From contig NZ_JAJQXW010000002.1 in NCBI RefSeq assembly GCF_021246445.1, forward strand, positions 558,001 through 622,000: 64,000 nucleotides of DNA, given 5' to 3'. Below are positions 9,648-23,060 of this stretch, piece after piece. The translations under genes were made by a program, and so were the position numbers. The notes beneath the pieces are model-generated. The model saw only the letters and a list, made by a program, of their open reading frames with translations, made no database searches and was not told where the DNA came from. Within the stretch, counting starts at the first letter, position 1. Each line of letters begins with the position of its first letter. Source of the stretch: Rhabdothermincola salaria. Its GTDB lineage: Bacteria > Actinomycetota > Acidimicrobiia > Acidimicrobiales > Acidimicrobilacustridaceae.

Positions 9648-11844
9648 CGGCGGGGACCTCGGTCGTGGCCTTCTCCCCGGCCTCGATGGCGTCGAGGATG
9701 TGCATGGAGATGTCGGCCACCTCGACCTCGCCCTCTTCGAGGCCCTCGCCCTTCACGCCGTCGTCGATCATGATGTAGCAGAAGGGGCAGGCCACCGCGA
9801 TCTTGCTGGCGCCCGTGGCGATGAGCTCCTGGGAGCGCTCCACGTTCACCTGCTTGCCAGTGTGCTCCTCCATCCACATGCGGGCGCCGCCGGCGCCGCA
9901 GCACATGCCCTTGGTGCCGTTGCGCTCGGCCTCGACGATCTCGATGCCGGCCAGCGAACCGATGACGTTGCGCGGCGACATGTAGACGTCGTTGTGGCGG
10001 CCGAGGTAGCAGGAGTCGTGGTACACGATCCGCTCCTCGAGCTTGGCGGTCGACAGGTCGAGCTTGCCCTGGTCGATGAGCCACTCGAGGAACTGGCTGT
10101 GGTGCACGACCTCGTAGTGGCCGCCCAGGTCGGGGTACTCGTTGGCCAGCGTGTTGAAGCAGTGCGGGCACTGGGTGATGATCTTCTTGACGCCCATGCC
10201 GTTGAGGGTCTCGACGTTCTGCATGGCGAGCATCTGGAAGATGTACTCGTTGCCGGAGCGCCGGGCGGGGTCACCGGTGCACATCTCGGAGGGGCCGAGG
10301 ATGGCGAAGGAGACCTCGGCCCGCTGCAGCAGCTGGGCCATGGCCTGGGTGACCTTCTTGTTCTTGTCGTCGAACGACCCGGCGCAGCCCACCCAGTACA
10401 GATAGTCGGCTTCGAGGGGGCTGGTGCCGTCGAGGATCTCGATGCCCTCGATCTTGTCGGCCCAGTCGGCCCGCTCGTTCTGGCTCATGCCCCACGGGTT
10501 GCCGGAGTTCTCCATCGAGCGGTAGGCGTTGCCGAGCTCGGTGGGGAAGTTGGACTCCATGAGCGACAGGTAGCGGCGCATGTCGAGGATCTTGTCGAGG
10601 ATCTCGATGTTGACCGGGCAGTTCTCGTCGCAGGCCTTGCAGGAGGTGCAGGCCCAGATCTCCTCGGGGGTGATGCGCTCGAACACCGAGTTGGCCGAGA
10701 TGATGATGTCGGGGTCGGTGCCGATGGGGGGCGACACCTGCGGCGTGCCGGTGGCGGCCATGACCTCGCCCGTCTTGAGCACGATCTCGCGGGGATCGAG
10801 GGCCTTGCCCGTGTTCTGGGCGGGGCACACGGCGGTGCAGCGACCGCACATGGTGCAGGCGTCGGTGTCGAGGAGTTGCTTCCAGGTGAAGTCCTCGATG
10901 GTGGAGGCGCCGAAGCTCTCGAGCTCGGTCTCCATCAGGTTCGGCATGGGCTTCATGGCGCCCTTGGGCCGATCGCGGTCCTTCAGGTACATGTTCAGCG
11001 GCGAGGTGAACATGTGGCGCAGCATGGTGACGGGCAGGATCACGAGGAAGGCCACGAAGCTGAGCACGTGGACGATCCACCAGAACTGCTGCCAGCCGGC
11101 GATGTTCGACGACCCGTCCACCAGCAGCGCCAGCGGGTATCCGACGAACGACCACTTCTCGAAGTCGGGGGTGCCGTCGAGGGCGATGCGGTAGGCCTCG
11201 GCCAGGAAGCCGGTGACGGCCAGCGCCAGGAAGACGCCGAGGATGATGGCGTGCTCGGGCTTGGTCTTGATGCGGATGCGGTACGGGCGCTGCACGTAGC
11301 GGCGCACGATGGCCCACACCACGCCGACGAGCAGCATGAGGCCGGCGGCATCGCCGATGAAGGAGTAGCCCTGGTACACGCGGCCGTTGAGGAACTTCCA
11401 GCTCCCGGGGAGCTGGTGGTTGATCTCGAGGACGGTGGTGACGGCCAGCAGGATCAGGAACGAGAAGTAGATGAGCGAGTGCATGATGCCCGCGGCCGGG
11501 TCGCGCAGCAGCGTCTGCATGTAGACGCCGGCCCGGAAGTCGGCCAGGCGGCGCTTGACGTTCTTGGACGTGGTGCTGCGGTTGTCGGGCTTGCCCCGCG
11601 TCCAGTTCTGCACCCGGTGGCTGAACAGGACCGCCCCGTAGACCAACAGCACGGGGATGATCACGTAGAAGGTGATCTTCACCGCCGACGGGATGCCCCC
11701 GAAGACCTCACGGGTGACGGTGGAGTCGTCGTGTTGGTCGAACACCGCGGAGGCGATGCCCGAGATCCCGGTGACCGCCGCGAAGGCGATACCGATGATC
11801 AGGACGAGATGGGGGGCCTTGAGGCGGGTCTTCTTGGCGTCCAT
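9631..11844 (-). CDS. Membrane-bound Fe-S oxidoreductase, FadF/HdrD-like (TM region, 2x[4Fe-4S], CCG domains)
   Basis: CTMCGRCTAVCP and CTSCKACDENCP clusters; CCG domains WVGCAG, QCPHC, HDSCYLGR, CCGAGG, ACPFC. Confidence 0.92.
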   Translation of the reverse strand: MDAKKTRLKAPHLVLIIGIAFAAVTGISGIASAVFDQHDDSTVTREVFGGIPSAVKITFYVIIPVLLVYGAVLFSHRVQNWTRGKPDNRSTTSKNVKRRLADFRAGVYMQTLLRDPAAGIMHSLIYFSFLILLAVTTVLEINHQLPGSWKFLNGRVYQGYSFIGDAAGLMLLVGVVWAIVRRYVQRPYRIRIKTKPEHAIILGVFLALAVTGFLAEAYRIALDGTPDFEKWSFVGYPLALLVDGSSNIAGWQQFWWIVHVLSFVAFLVILPVTMLRHMFTSPLNMYLKDRDRPKGAMKPMPNLMETELESFGASTIEDFTWKQLLDTDACTMCGRCTAVCPAQNTGKALDPREIVLKTGEVMAATGTPQVSPPIGTDPDIIISANSVFERITPEEIWACTSCKACDENCPVNIEILDKILDMRRYLSLMESNFPTELGNAYRSMENSGNPWGMSQNERADWADKIEGIEILDGTSPLEADYLYWVGCAGSFDDKNKKVTQAMAQLLQRAEVSFAILGPSEMCTGDPARRSGNEYIFQMLAMQNVETLNGMGVKKIITQCPHCFNTLANEYPDLGGHYEVVHHSQFLEWLIDQGKLDLSTAKLEERIVYHDSCYLGRHNDVYMSPRNVIGSLAGIEIVEAERNGTKGMCCGAGGARMWMEEHTGKQVNVERSQELIATGASKIAVACPFCYIMIDDGVKGEGLEEGEVEVADISMHILDAIEAGEKATTEVPAGVVDD

Positions 11845-11937
11845 ACGGTCGCCCAACGTACTCGCGAGGGGCGAGCGGGGACCCAACCGGCTCGTCGGAG
11901 CCGCTCAGCGGAGCCCTGGGAGGGCACCGCGGCCGGG

Positions 11938-12360
11938 TCAGCCGTAGGCCTTCTCGTCGAGCTCGCGCATGCGCCCGGCGAGGTCGTGCAGCACCCGGTT
12001 GGCGAAGCCGGGGATCTCCTCGAGCAACCCGGCGAACTCGCGTTGGCCGATGACGAGCAGCTGGAGGGGTCCGACCGCGGTGACGCTGGCGGTGCGAGGC
12101 CCACCGGTGAGCGGGGCCAGCTCGCCCACGACGTCGCCTGGTCCGAGCACCGCGACCTGCTGGCCGTTGCGGACGACCTCGGCCTGGCCGTCGACGATGA
12201 TGAAGCACTCGTGGCCGGGCTCGCCCTCGCGGACCAGCACCTTGCCGTCGTTGACCTCCAGCTCGATGGTGGCCTGGGCCACCTGCTGGAGCTCCTTGTT
12301 CGAGCAGTGGGCGAACATCGGGACCTGGGCGAGGTGGGTGAGCCATGCGTCACGTGCCAT
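11938..12360 (-). CDS. Stand-alone cyclic-nucleotide-binding domain protein
   Basis: VPMF, REGEPG, phosphate-binding cassette GELAPLTGGPRTASV. Confidence 0.9.
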   Translation of the reverse strand: MARDAWLTHLAQVPMFAHCSNKELQQVAQATIELEVNDGKVLVREGEPGHECFIIVDGQAEVVRNGQQVAVLGPGDVVGELAPLTGGPRTASVTAVGPLQLLVIGQREFAGLLEEIPGFANRVLHDLAGRMRELDEKAYG

Positions 12361-12447
12361 GGCGGCAGCATAGGTTCGGCCGGCGGGCGGTGCTCGCGGT
12401 ACGGAGCGGCCGGTGCGGTGGTGTGGCCCCCGTCTCTTCACCACCGC

Positions 12448-12463
12448 GAAACAATCCGGTAAC
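12448..12463 (+). promoter_or_regulatory. GlnR-box-like site (GAAAC-n6-GTAAC)
   Basis: Two 5-mers matching the actinobacterial GlnR a/b half-sites, 11 bp apart, upstream of the wHTH regulator. Confidence 0.5.
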
Positions 12464-12486
12464 AGCCGGTTCCTACGGTCGCCGTC

Positions 12487-13008
12487 GTGGATGTCGAACT
12501 CCTGCGTTGGCCGCACGAGCAGGAGCGTCGGGAGGACCTGCGTTCCCAGGGGCTCCCGAGGTTGCTGCTCGTGGACCCGGACCAACCGCCCCCCGTGGTG
12601 ACCGACCCGGTCGAGGACTGGGTCCGCCTGCCGGCCAGCGACGACGACGTGCAAGCCCGGGTGCGGACCCTGCTGCACCGCAGCGGTCGTCCGCTCGAAG
12701 GTCGTCCCACCCTGGACCCCGACGGTGTGCTGCGCCACGGCGACGCGTGGGTCTCGCTGCCCCCGGTGGAGGCCCGTCTGATGTCGGCGCTCCTCGGCCG
12801 CTTCGGGGCGGTGGTGAGCCGGGAGCAGCTGGCCCGGGCCGGCTGGCCGCAGGGGGCCCCGGGCCGCAACGCCCTCGACGTGCACATGTTGCGGGTGCGG
12901 CGGCGCATCGCCCCGCTCGCACTGGTGATCCGCACCATCCGTTCTCGGGGCTACCTGCTCGAAGGCGTGGAGTCCGGGGCCGCCCTGGCGGCTCGGACCT
13001 CGGCGTGA
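12487..13008 (+). CDS. OmpR/PhoB-type winged-helix regulator with degenerate receiver (GlnR-like architecture)
   Basis: C-terminal VSREQL...RNALDVHMLRVRRRI...IRTIRSRGYLL; the short N-terminus has no phosphoacceptor pocket. Confidence 0.82.
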   Translation: MDVELLRWPHEQERREDLRSQGLPRLLLVDPDQPPPVVTDPVEDWVRLPASDDDVQARVRTLLHRSGRPLEGRPTLDPDGVLRHGDAWVSLPPVEARLMSALLGRFGAVVSREQLARAGWPQGAPGRNALDVHMLRVRRRIAPLALVIRTIRSRGYLLEGVESGAALAARTSA

Positions 13009-13042
13009 GGCGGGCGACGGCGGCTCCGAAACAGGCCCGACA

Positions 13043-13087
13043 CAAACGCGACGGCAACACGTAACAGTCAGCAAACAGTCGGGAAAC
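13043..13087 (+). promoter_or_regulatory. GlnR-box-like array upstream of amtB
   Basis: GTAAC (13061)-n6-CAAAC (13072)-n6-GAAAC (13083), plus CAAAC (13043)-n6-GCAAC (13054): 11-bp periodicity like the gTnAc-n6-GaAAc consensus. Confidence 0.7.
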
Positions 13088-13207
13088 GACTCGTCCGTAC
13101 GGTCATGAACGAGTCAGACAAGGAGCCCCCCGGTCGGCGTGGATCGGGTGGTCGACCGGTGGCTCCCCACCCAACAAGTGTCCGAAACACCCCCAACAGG
13201 AGGAAGC

Positions 13208-14650
13208 ATGCGCAGGAAATTGCTCACGGGAGGAGGTCTGGTCGCAGCGTTGCTCGTGCTCGCCGCCGTCCCGGCCCTCGCCCAGGAAGGATCCGGTCCC
13301 GACGTGGTCGTCGTCGAGGCCGAGTTGCTCGACCGGTTCACGGGCACCGCCCAGGACGTGGCCCAGACCGTGATCCTGGACAACATCTTCATCTTCATCT
13401 CCGGCGTGCTGGTCTTCTTCATGCAGCTGGGCTTCGCCCTGCTGGCCTCGGGGCTCACCCGGGCCAAGAACTCGGCCAACATGATGATGAAGAGCCTCAT
13501 GGACGCCGCCCTCGGCGTGCTGGTCTTCGCCCTCGTCGGCTGGGGCCTCGCCTACCCGGGCTTCGACGGCGGTGGCTTCATCGGCTTCGCCGGTTGGGGT
13601 GTGCCGGGGCTGATGGACCTGTCACCGGACCTCTCGGCCCTCGGTGACGGCTTCTATCCGTTGAGCGTGTCCACGGACTTCTTCTTCCAGGCTGCGTTCG
13701 CCGCCACCGCCGCCACCATCGTGGCCGGTGCGGTCGCCGAGCGGACCCGCTTCGTCGCCTACATCGTCTACACCATCGCCATCACCGGCTTCATCTACCC
13801 GGTGGTCGTCTCCTGGCAGTGGGGCGGCGGCTGGCTGGCCGAGCGGGGCTTCATGGACTTCGCCGGCTCCGGTCTGGTCCACATGACGGGTGGTGTCGCC
13901 GCCTTCATGGGTGCGCTCATCCTCGGTCCTCGCCTCGGCAAGTTCGGTCCGGACGGCAAGCCTCGGGCCATCCCGGCCCACAGCATCCCGCTGGCCCTCA
14001 CCGGTGTGCTGATCCTCTTCATCGGTTGGTTCGGCTTCAACCCCGGTTCGGCCCTCCAGGCCGACATGTCGGTGCCGATCGTGGCTGTCCTCACCCTCTT
14101 CGCCGCCTGTGCGGGTGCGGTGGGCGCCATGATCTCGGCCTGGCTCCTGCTCAAGAAGCCGGACGTCTCCATGGCCGGCAACGGCCTGCTGGCGGGCCTG
14201 GTGTCGATCTGCGCCATCGTCGGCAACGTCAACCCGGTCCCGGCCATCATCGTCGGCTTCGTCGCCGGGCTGGTCGTGGTCCCCGCCGCTCTCTTCATCG
14301 AGCGGGTCCTCAAGGTCGACGATCCGGTCGGTGCCGTGGCCGTGCACGCCGTGTCCGGCTTCTGGGGTCTGACCGCCGCCGGCCTGTTCGCCATCGAAGA
14401 CGGCCTCTTCGACGGCGGCGGGGCCAGCCTGCTCGGCACCCAGCTGCTCGGTGCCCTGGGCATCCTCGCCTGGGTGGCCGTCACGACCGGCATCCTGTTC
14501 GGCGTGCTCAAGGCCGCCGGCATCTTCCGGGTCTCGCCCGCCGAGGAGATCGAGGGTCTCGACCTCTCCGAGCACGGTTCCCCCGGTTACGCACCCGACT
14601 CCCTGGCCGGCATGAGCGAAGACATGCTCGTCGGCTCGGCCAAGAGCTAG
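13208..14650 (+). CDS. amtB: Ammonium transporter
   Basis: FFMQLGFALL, FFFQAAFA, DFAGSGLVH, GWFGFNPGS, VDDPVGAVAVH; N-terminal signal-like segment. Confidence 0.96.
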   Translation: MRRKLLTGGGLVAALLVLAAVPALAQEGSGPDVVVVEAELLDRFTGTAQDVAQTVILDNIFIFISGVLVFFMQLGFALLASGLTRAKNSANMMMKSLMDAALGVLVFALVGWGLAYPGFDGGGFIGFAGWGVPGLMDLSPDLSALGDGFYPLSVSTDFFFQAAFAATAATIVAGAVAERTRFVAYIVYTIAITGFIYPVVVSWQWGGGWLAERGFMDFAGSGLVHMTGGVAAFMGALILGPRLGKFGPDGKPRAIPAHSIPLALTGVLILFIGWFGFNPGSALQADMSVPIVAVLTLFAACAGAVGAMISAWLLLKKPDVSMAGNGLLAGLVSICAIVGNVNPVPAIIVGFVAGLVVVPAALFIERVLKVDDPVGAVAVHAVSGFWGLTAAGLFAIEDGLFDGGGASLLGTQLLGALGILAWVAVTTGILFGVLKAAGIFRVSPAEEIEGLDLSEHGSPGYAPDSLAGMSEDMLVGSAKS

Positions 14651-14662
14651 GAGATCGATCAC

Positions 14663-15004
14663 ATGGCAACACTCGTGACCGCAGTCATCCGTCCCCACGC
14701 CCTCGACACGGTGAAGGCCGCCCTCATCGACAGCGGCATCACCGGCATCACCATCACCGAGGTGAAGGGCCACGGCCGCCAAGGCGGCCACACCGAGACC
14801 TACCGAGGAGCGGAGTACACCGTCGATCTGCTCCCCAAGGTGAAGGTGGAGGTCATCGTCGCCGAGGCCCAGACCGCGGCGGTGGTGGAGGTCATCTCCG
14901 CCGCCGCCCAGTCCGGCAAGATCGGTGACGGCAAGATCTGGACCACGGCCGTCGGGTCGGTCCAGCGCATCCGTACCGGAGAGCTCGGCGACGACGCTCT
15001 CTGA
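14663..15004 (+). CDS. glnK: P-II nitrogen regulatory protein
   Basis: GHGRQGG, YRGAEY (Tyr51 present), GKIGDGKIW, RIRTGE; directly downstream of amtB. Confidence 0.95.
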   Translation: MATLVTAVIRPHALDTVKAALIDSGITGITITEVKGHGRQGGHTETYRGAEYTVDLLPKVKVEVIVAEAQTAAVVEVISAAAQSGKIGDGKIWTTAVGSVQRIRTGELGDDAL

Positions 15005-15038
15005 GCCACCGGGCCGTCCATCGGCCCCCTGGACACGC

Positions 15039-15070
15039 AGGAGGGCCCGGCCGTCAGGCCGGGCCCTCCT
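15039..15070. terminator. Strong hairpin between convergent glnK and gpmA
   Basis: AGGAGGGCCCGGCC-GTCA-GGCCGGGCCCTCCT, a perfect 14-bp stem. Confidence 0.7.
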
Positions 15071-15109
15071 CGCGTCCGGGCGGTGGTGCCCCTCGAGCGG
15101 TCGGTGGTG

Positions 15110-15868
15110 TCAGCCGGCCTGGCGGGCCACGGCGTCGGCGGCGGCCTTGGCCGCCTCGGCGTCGCCGAGGTAGCGGTCGGGGAGGGCCTTGGCCTCGGCG
15201 GGCATCATGGCGTCGTCGAGCTCGTAGAGCATGGGGACGCCCGTGGGCAGGTTGACCTCGGCGATGTCGGCGTCGGAGATGCCGTCGAGGTGCTTGATGA
15301 GGGCTCGCAGGCTGTTGCCGTGGGCCACGACGAGCACGGTGTGGCCGGCCCGCAGGTCGGGCACGATGCCGTCGTACCAGTAGGGCAGCATGCGGGCCAC
15401 GACGTCTTCGAGGCACTCGGATCGAGGGAGCACGTCCGGGGGGAGGTCGGCGTAGCGGGGATCGAAGCGAGGGTGGCGCTCGTCGTCCATGTCGAGGGGC
15501 TCGGGCGGGGTGTCGTAGCTGCGGCGCCACTCGAAGACCTGCTCCTTGCCGAACTGCTCGGTGGCCTCCTTCTTGTTCTGGCCCTGGAGCTGGCCGTAGT
15601 GCCGTTCGTTCAGGCGCCACGAGCGCCGCACCGGCAGCCAGAGCAGGCCCATGGCGTCGAGGGCCAGGTTGGCGGTGCGGATGGCCCGCACCTGCAGCGA
15701 GGTGTGCAGCACCGTCGGCGTGATCCCGGCGTCGGCCATGGCCGGCCCGGCGGCCTCGGCCTCGGCGCGGCCCTGGTCGGTGAGGTCGGCGTCGTACCAG
15801 CCGGTGAAGAGGTTCTCGAGGTTCCACGTGCTCTGGCCGTGGCGGAGCAGGACGAGGCGTGCGGTCAT
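15110..15868 (-). CDS. gpmA: 2,3-BPG-dependent phosphoglycerate mutase
   Basis: [31 protein letters not shown]. Confidence 0.97.
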   Translation of the reverse strand: MTARLVLLRHGQSTWNLENLFTGWYDADLTDQGRAEAEAAGPAMADAGITPTVLHTSLQVRAIRTANLALDAMGLLWLPVRRSWRLNERHYGQLQGQNKKEATEQFGKEQVFEWRRSYDTPPEPLDMDDERHPRFDPRYADLPPDVLPRSECLEDVVARMLPYWYDGIVPDLRAGHTVLVVAHGNSLRALIKHLDGISDADIAEVNLPTGVPMLYELDDAMMPAEAKALPDRYLGDAEAAKAAADAVARQAG

Positions 15869-16005
15869 GGCGACAGTCTGCCCGACGCTGCCGGCGCGCT
15901 CCGACCTCTCTGGCGGTGACGCCGGGTCGCCTCGGACGTGGCCGATGTCACCGCCGAGGTGCGGTGGGTGGGCCCGCCCCGGGGAATGTTGGAACGGCCG
16001 GAGAA

Positions 16006-16026
16006 GTTGTTACGATCACACTCAAG
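16006..16026 (+). promoter_or_regulatory. Degenerate HAIR (HspR-binding) site upstream of dnaK
   Basis: gTTGtta-N7-ACTCAAG; the right arm matches consensus CTTGAGT-N7-ACTCAAG perfectly, and hspR is in the operon. Confidence 0.65.
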
Positions 16027-16110
16027 TTTCCTGGTGGTGTCGTGTGGCAGTGCTGCTGGCGCCCCGGAACCGTCCCTGAACCACACCCCCGAACCCCAGG
16101 AGCAACGCTC

Positions 16111-17948
<1,838 letters not shown>

Positions 17949-17952
<4 letters not shown>

Positions 17953-18506
17953 GCTCCTCCGAGGGCGGTGCCGCCGGGCCTGACCCGGCGGCCACCTCCG
18001 ACGACGACCACCTCGAAGACGATCTGCTCGAGGCGGCCGCGGCTGCCGAGAGCGGCTTCGACGGCCCGCAGGCCGGCGACGACGACCTGGTCGACGTCGC
18101 CGCCCTGGTCGCCGAGCGCGACGAGTACCGCGACACGCTCCTGCGCCTGAAGGCCGATTTCGACAACTTCAAGAAGCGCTCCGCCCGCGAGGCCGGCGAC
18201 GTGCGCGAGCGAGCCGCCGAGTCCCTCGTGGAGAAGCTGCTCGTGGTGCTCGACGCCTGCGACGCGGCCATGGGCCACGGCGCACCCGATGTCGAGCCCA
18301 TCGCCAAGATGCTGCTCGAGGTGCTCGGGCGCGACGGCCTGGAGCGCATGGAACCCGAAGGCCAGCCCTTCGATCCCAACCAGCACGAGGCGGTGCTCCA
18401 CGAGCCCGGCGACGACGGCGAGTCCATCGTCGTCGACGTGCTCCGCACCGGCTACGTGCTCAAGGGTCGGGTCCTGCGACCCGCCATGGTGAAGGTGCGG
18501 GGCTGA
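17949..18506 (+). CDS. grpE: Nucleotide exchange factor GrpE
   Basis: [34 protein letters not shown]. Confidence 0.96.
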
Positions 18507-18555
18507 CCCCGCCCGTCCACCCCCACGACGACGAGGAAGGCAACGGTAGGAACCG

Positions 18556-19707
18556 GTGACAGCGCAGCGTGAGTGGTTCGAGAAGGACTACTACAAGGTC
18601 CTCGGCGTCTCGGAGACGGCGACGGCCAAGGAGATCACGCGCGCCTACCGCAAGCTGGCCCGGGAGCTCCACCCCGACGCCAACCCCGGCGACGAGGCGG
18701 CCGAGGAGCGCTTCAAGGAGATCTCGGCCGCCTACGACGTGGTGGGCGACGAGGCCAAGCGCAAGGAGTACGACGAGGTCCGCCGGCTCGGTCCCATGGG
18801 GGGCATGGGCTTCGGCGGGCCGGGCGGCGGGTCCGGGTCCGGTCCGGGTCCCGGCGCCGGTGGCGCCCCGTTCGGCTTCGACGGCGGCGACCTGGGCGAC
18901 ATCCTCGGCGGGCTCTTCGGCCGCCGGGGACGCCCGGGCGGCGGCGCCTCCCGAGGTCCTGGTCCCCAACGTGGCGCCGACCTCGAAGCCGAGCTGCACC
19001 TGCCCTTCCGTGAGGCCGTCACCGGTGTCACCACCAGCCTGCACCTGACCTCCGACGCGGCGTGCTCCACCTGCCACGGCAGCGGGGCCAAGCCCGGCAC
19101 CGTGCCCACCACCTGTGGGCAGTGCCAGGGCCGGGGCGTGCTCGACGACAACCAGGGCCTGTTCTCGTTCTCCACGCCGTGCGCCAACTGCGGGGGCACC
19201 GGCACCGTGGTCACCGATCCGTGCCCCACCTGTCGTGGCGCCGGCGTCGAGCGGCGGGCCCGCGAGGTCAAGGTGCGCATCCCGGCCGGCGTCGACGACG
19301 GCCAGCGCATCCGCCTCAAGGGACGAGGCGGTGCCGGCCGCCACGGAGGCCCCGCAGGCGACCTGTTCGTGCTGGTGCACGTCGACCCGGACCCGGTGTT
19401 CGGACGCGACGGCACCAACCTCACGATCACCGTGCCGGTCACCTTCACCGAGGCCGCCCTCGGCACCAACCTCACCGTGCCCACCCTCGACGGCTCCACG
19501 GTCACCCTCAAGCTCCCCGGCGGCACCCCGTCGGGCAAGGTGATGCGGGTGCGGGGTCGCGGGGTCGAGACCAAGAAGACCACGGGCGACCTGTTGGTCA
19601 CGGTGCAGGTCGCCGTCCCCGACACCCTCACCGACGAGCAGCGCCAGGCCGTCGAGGCGCTGGCCGCGGTGTTCCCCGACACGCCACGCACGCACCTGGG
19701 GGTCTGA
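18556..19707 (+). CDS. dnaJ: Chaperone DnaJ
   Basis: J-domain HPD, G/F-rich linker, four CxxCxGxG repeats. Confidence 0.97.
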   Translation: MTAQREWFEKDYYKVLGVSETATAKEITRAYRKLARELHPDANPGDEAAEERFKEISAAYDVVGDEAKRKEYDEVRRLGPMGGMGFGGPGGGSGSGPGPGAGGAPFGFDGGDLGDILGGLFGRRGRPGGGASRGPGPQRGADLEAELHLPFREAVTGVTTSLHLTSDAACSTCHGSGAKPGTVPTTCGQCQGRGVLDDNQGLFSFSTPCANCGGTGTVVTDPCPTCRGAGVERRAREVKVRIPAGVDDGQRIRLKGRGGAGRHGGPAGDLFVLVHVDPDPVFGRDGTNLTITVPVTFTEAALGTNLTVPTLDGSTVTLKLPGGTPSGKVMRVRGRGVETKKTTGDLLVTVQVAVPDTLTDEQRQAVEALAAVFPDTPRTHLGV

Positions 19708-19714
19708 TCCGCTC

Positions 19715-20140
19715 ATGGCCGACGCGCACAGCTCCGAGACCGACCCGAGGCGCCAGCGGGCGGTGTACGTCATCTCGGTGGCGGCCGAGCTGGCCGGCGT
19801 CCATCCCCAGACCCTGCGCATCTACGAGCGCAAGGGGTTGGTCGAGCCGGCGCGCACCGTGGGCGGGAGCCGCCGCTACAGCGACGACGACATCCACCTG
19901 TTGCAGCGCATCCAGACCCTCACCGACGAGGGCCTCAACCTGGCCGGGGTGAAGCGGGTGCTCGAGCTCGAGGGTCGCATCGCCGACCTGGAGGCACGGC
20001 TGGCCCAGGCCCGCCACGAGGCCAGCGCGGCGGTCGACGCCACCCATCGCACCTATCGGCGCGATCTGGTGCCCATGCGCCAGGCCATGGTCCGCTACGG
20101 CGAGACGGCCAGCGTGCTGCGCCATCTGCTCGAGCAGTAG
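19715..20140 (+). CDS. hspR: Heat-shock repressor HspR (MerR family)
   Basis: VYVISVAAELAGVHPQTLRIYERKGL, GLNLAGVKRV; canonical position after dnaJ. Confidence 0.95.
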   Translation: MADAHSSETDPRRQRAVYVISVAAELAGVHPQTLRIYERKGLVEPARTVGGSRRYSDDDIHLLQRIQTLTDEGLNLAGVKRVLELEGRIADLEARLAQARHEASAAVDATHRTYRRDLVPMRQAMVRYGETASVLRHLLEQ

Positions 20141-20164
20141 CGGCGAAGGCCCGGTCGTCGGAAC

Positions 20165-20191
20165 AAAGTTGACAATGCCGTTGTTAGGTTT
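20165..20191 (+). promoter_or_regulatory. HAIR-like imperfect inverted repeat / promoter upstream of clpB
   Basis: AT-rich AAAGTTGACA-N7-TGTTAGGTTT; contains TTGACA; clpB is a known HspR target. Confidence 0.5.
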
Positions 20192-20243
20192 TGTGACTGC
20201 CGAGCGGCAGGTCTGAACGACTGTCAGGAGAACGACACCCCCC

Positions 20244-22724
<2,481 letters not shown>

Positions 22725-22760
22725 CCCGGCCCGGCAACGGCCGCCGAGCCCCAACCCCAT

Positions 22761-22788
22761 CCGTCGTCCGGGTCCGCCCGGGCGACGG
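22761..22788 (+). terminator. Hairpin downstream of clpB
   Basis: CCGTCGTCCGGG-TCCG-CCCGGGCGACGG; no U-tract. Confidence 0.45.
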
Positions 22789-22922
22789 GCGCGTCCGGGG
22801 CACGGGCTCCACGGTCATGGGTCGAACGGTTCATTGTGGACGCAGAGTGGTGATTCCGCTTCCCCTACGTGAGATCCGTTGGTACGGTGCTCGTGGGTTT
22901 CGTGACCTGGACCGATCGAAAC

Positions 22923-22996
22923 CTGGGGAAGCAACGATCCGCCGGACGTCATTGGTCGCTTAGGCCGGCGAGGAGCTAGAGCGAACCCGGCCCCGA
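22923..22996 (+). ncRNA. c-di-GMP-II-type riboswitch aptamer (possible variant)
   Basis: P1 TGGGG/CCCCG; GGAAGCAACGA...GGAGCTAG k-turn with AGC/GCT pairing; P3 CGCCGG/CCGGCG; pseudoknot TCGCT (22956)/AGCGA (22980) covarying relative to canonical GCACT/AGTGC. Lies in the 5' leader of the adhesin gene. Confidence 0.8.
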
Positions 22997-23060
22997 CGCA
23001 CCTGGACGTGCGCGCGGGCATTTCGTCGCCCGCGTGCACCATGCAACGGGAGACGAGCGG

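Noticed and set aside
22900..23040. c-di-AMP (ydaO) riboswitch
   Set aside because: It lacks the GCTGAATCC / GGGGNTGAATC / CCCGTCAGCTAAC elements; the k-turn plus pseudoknot layout fits c-di-GMP-II much better.
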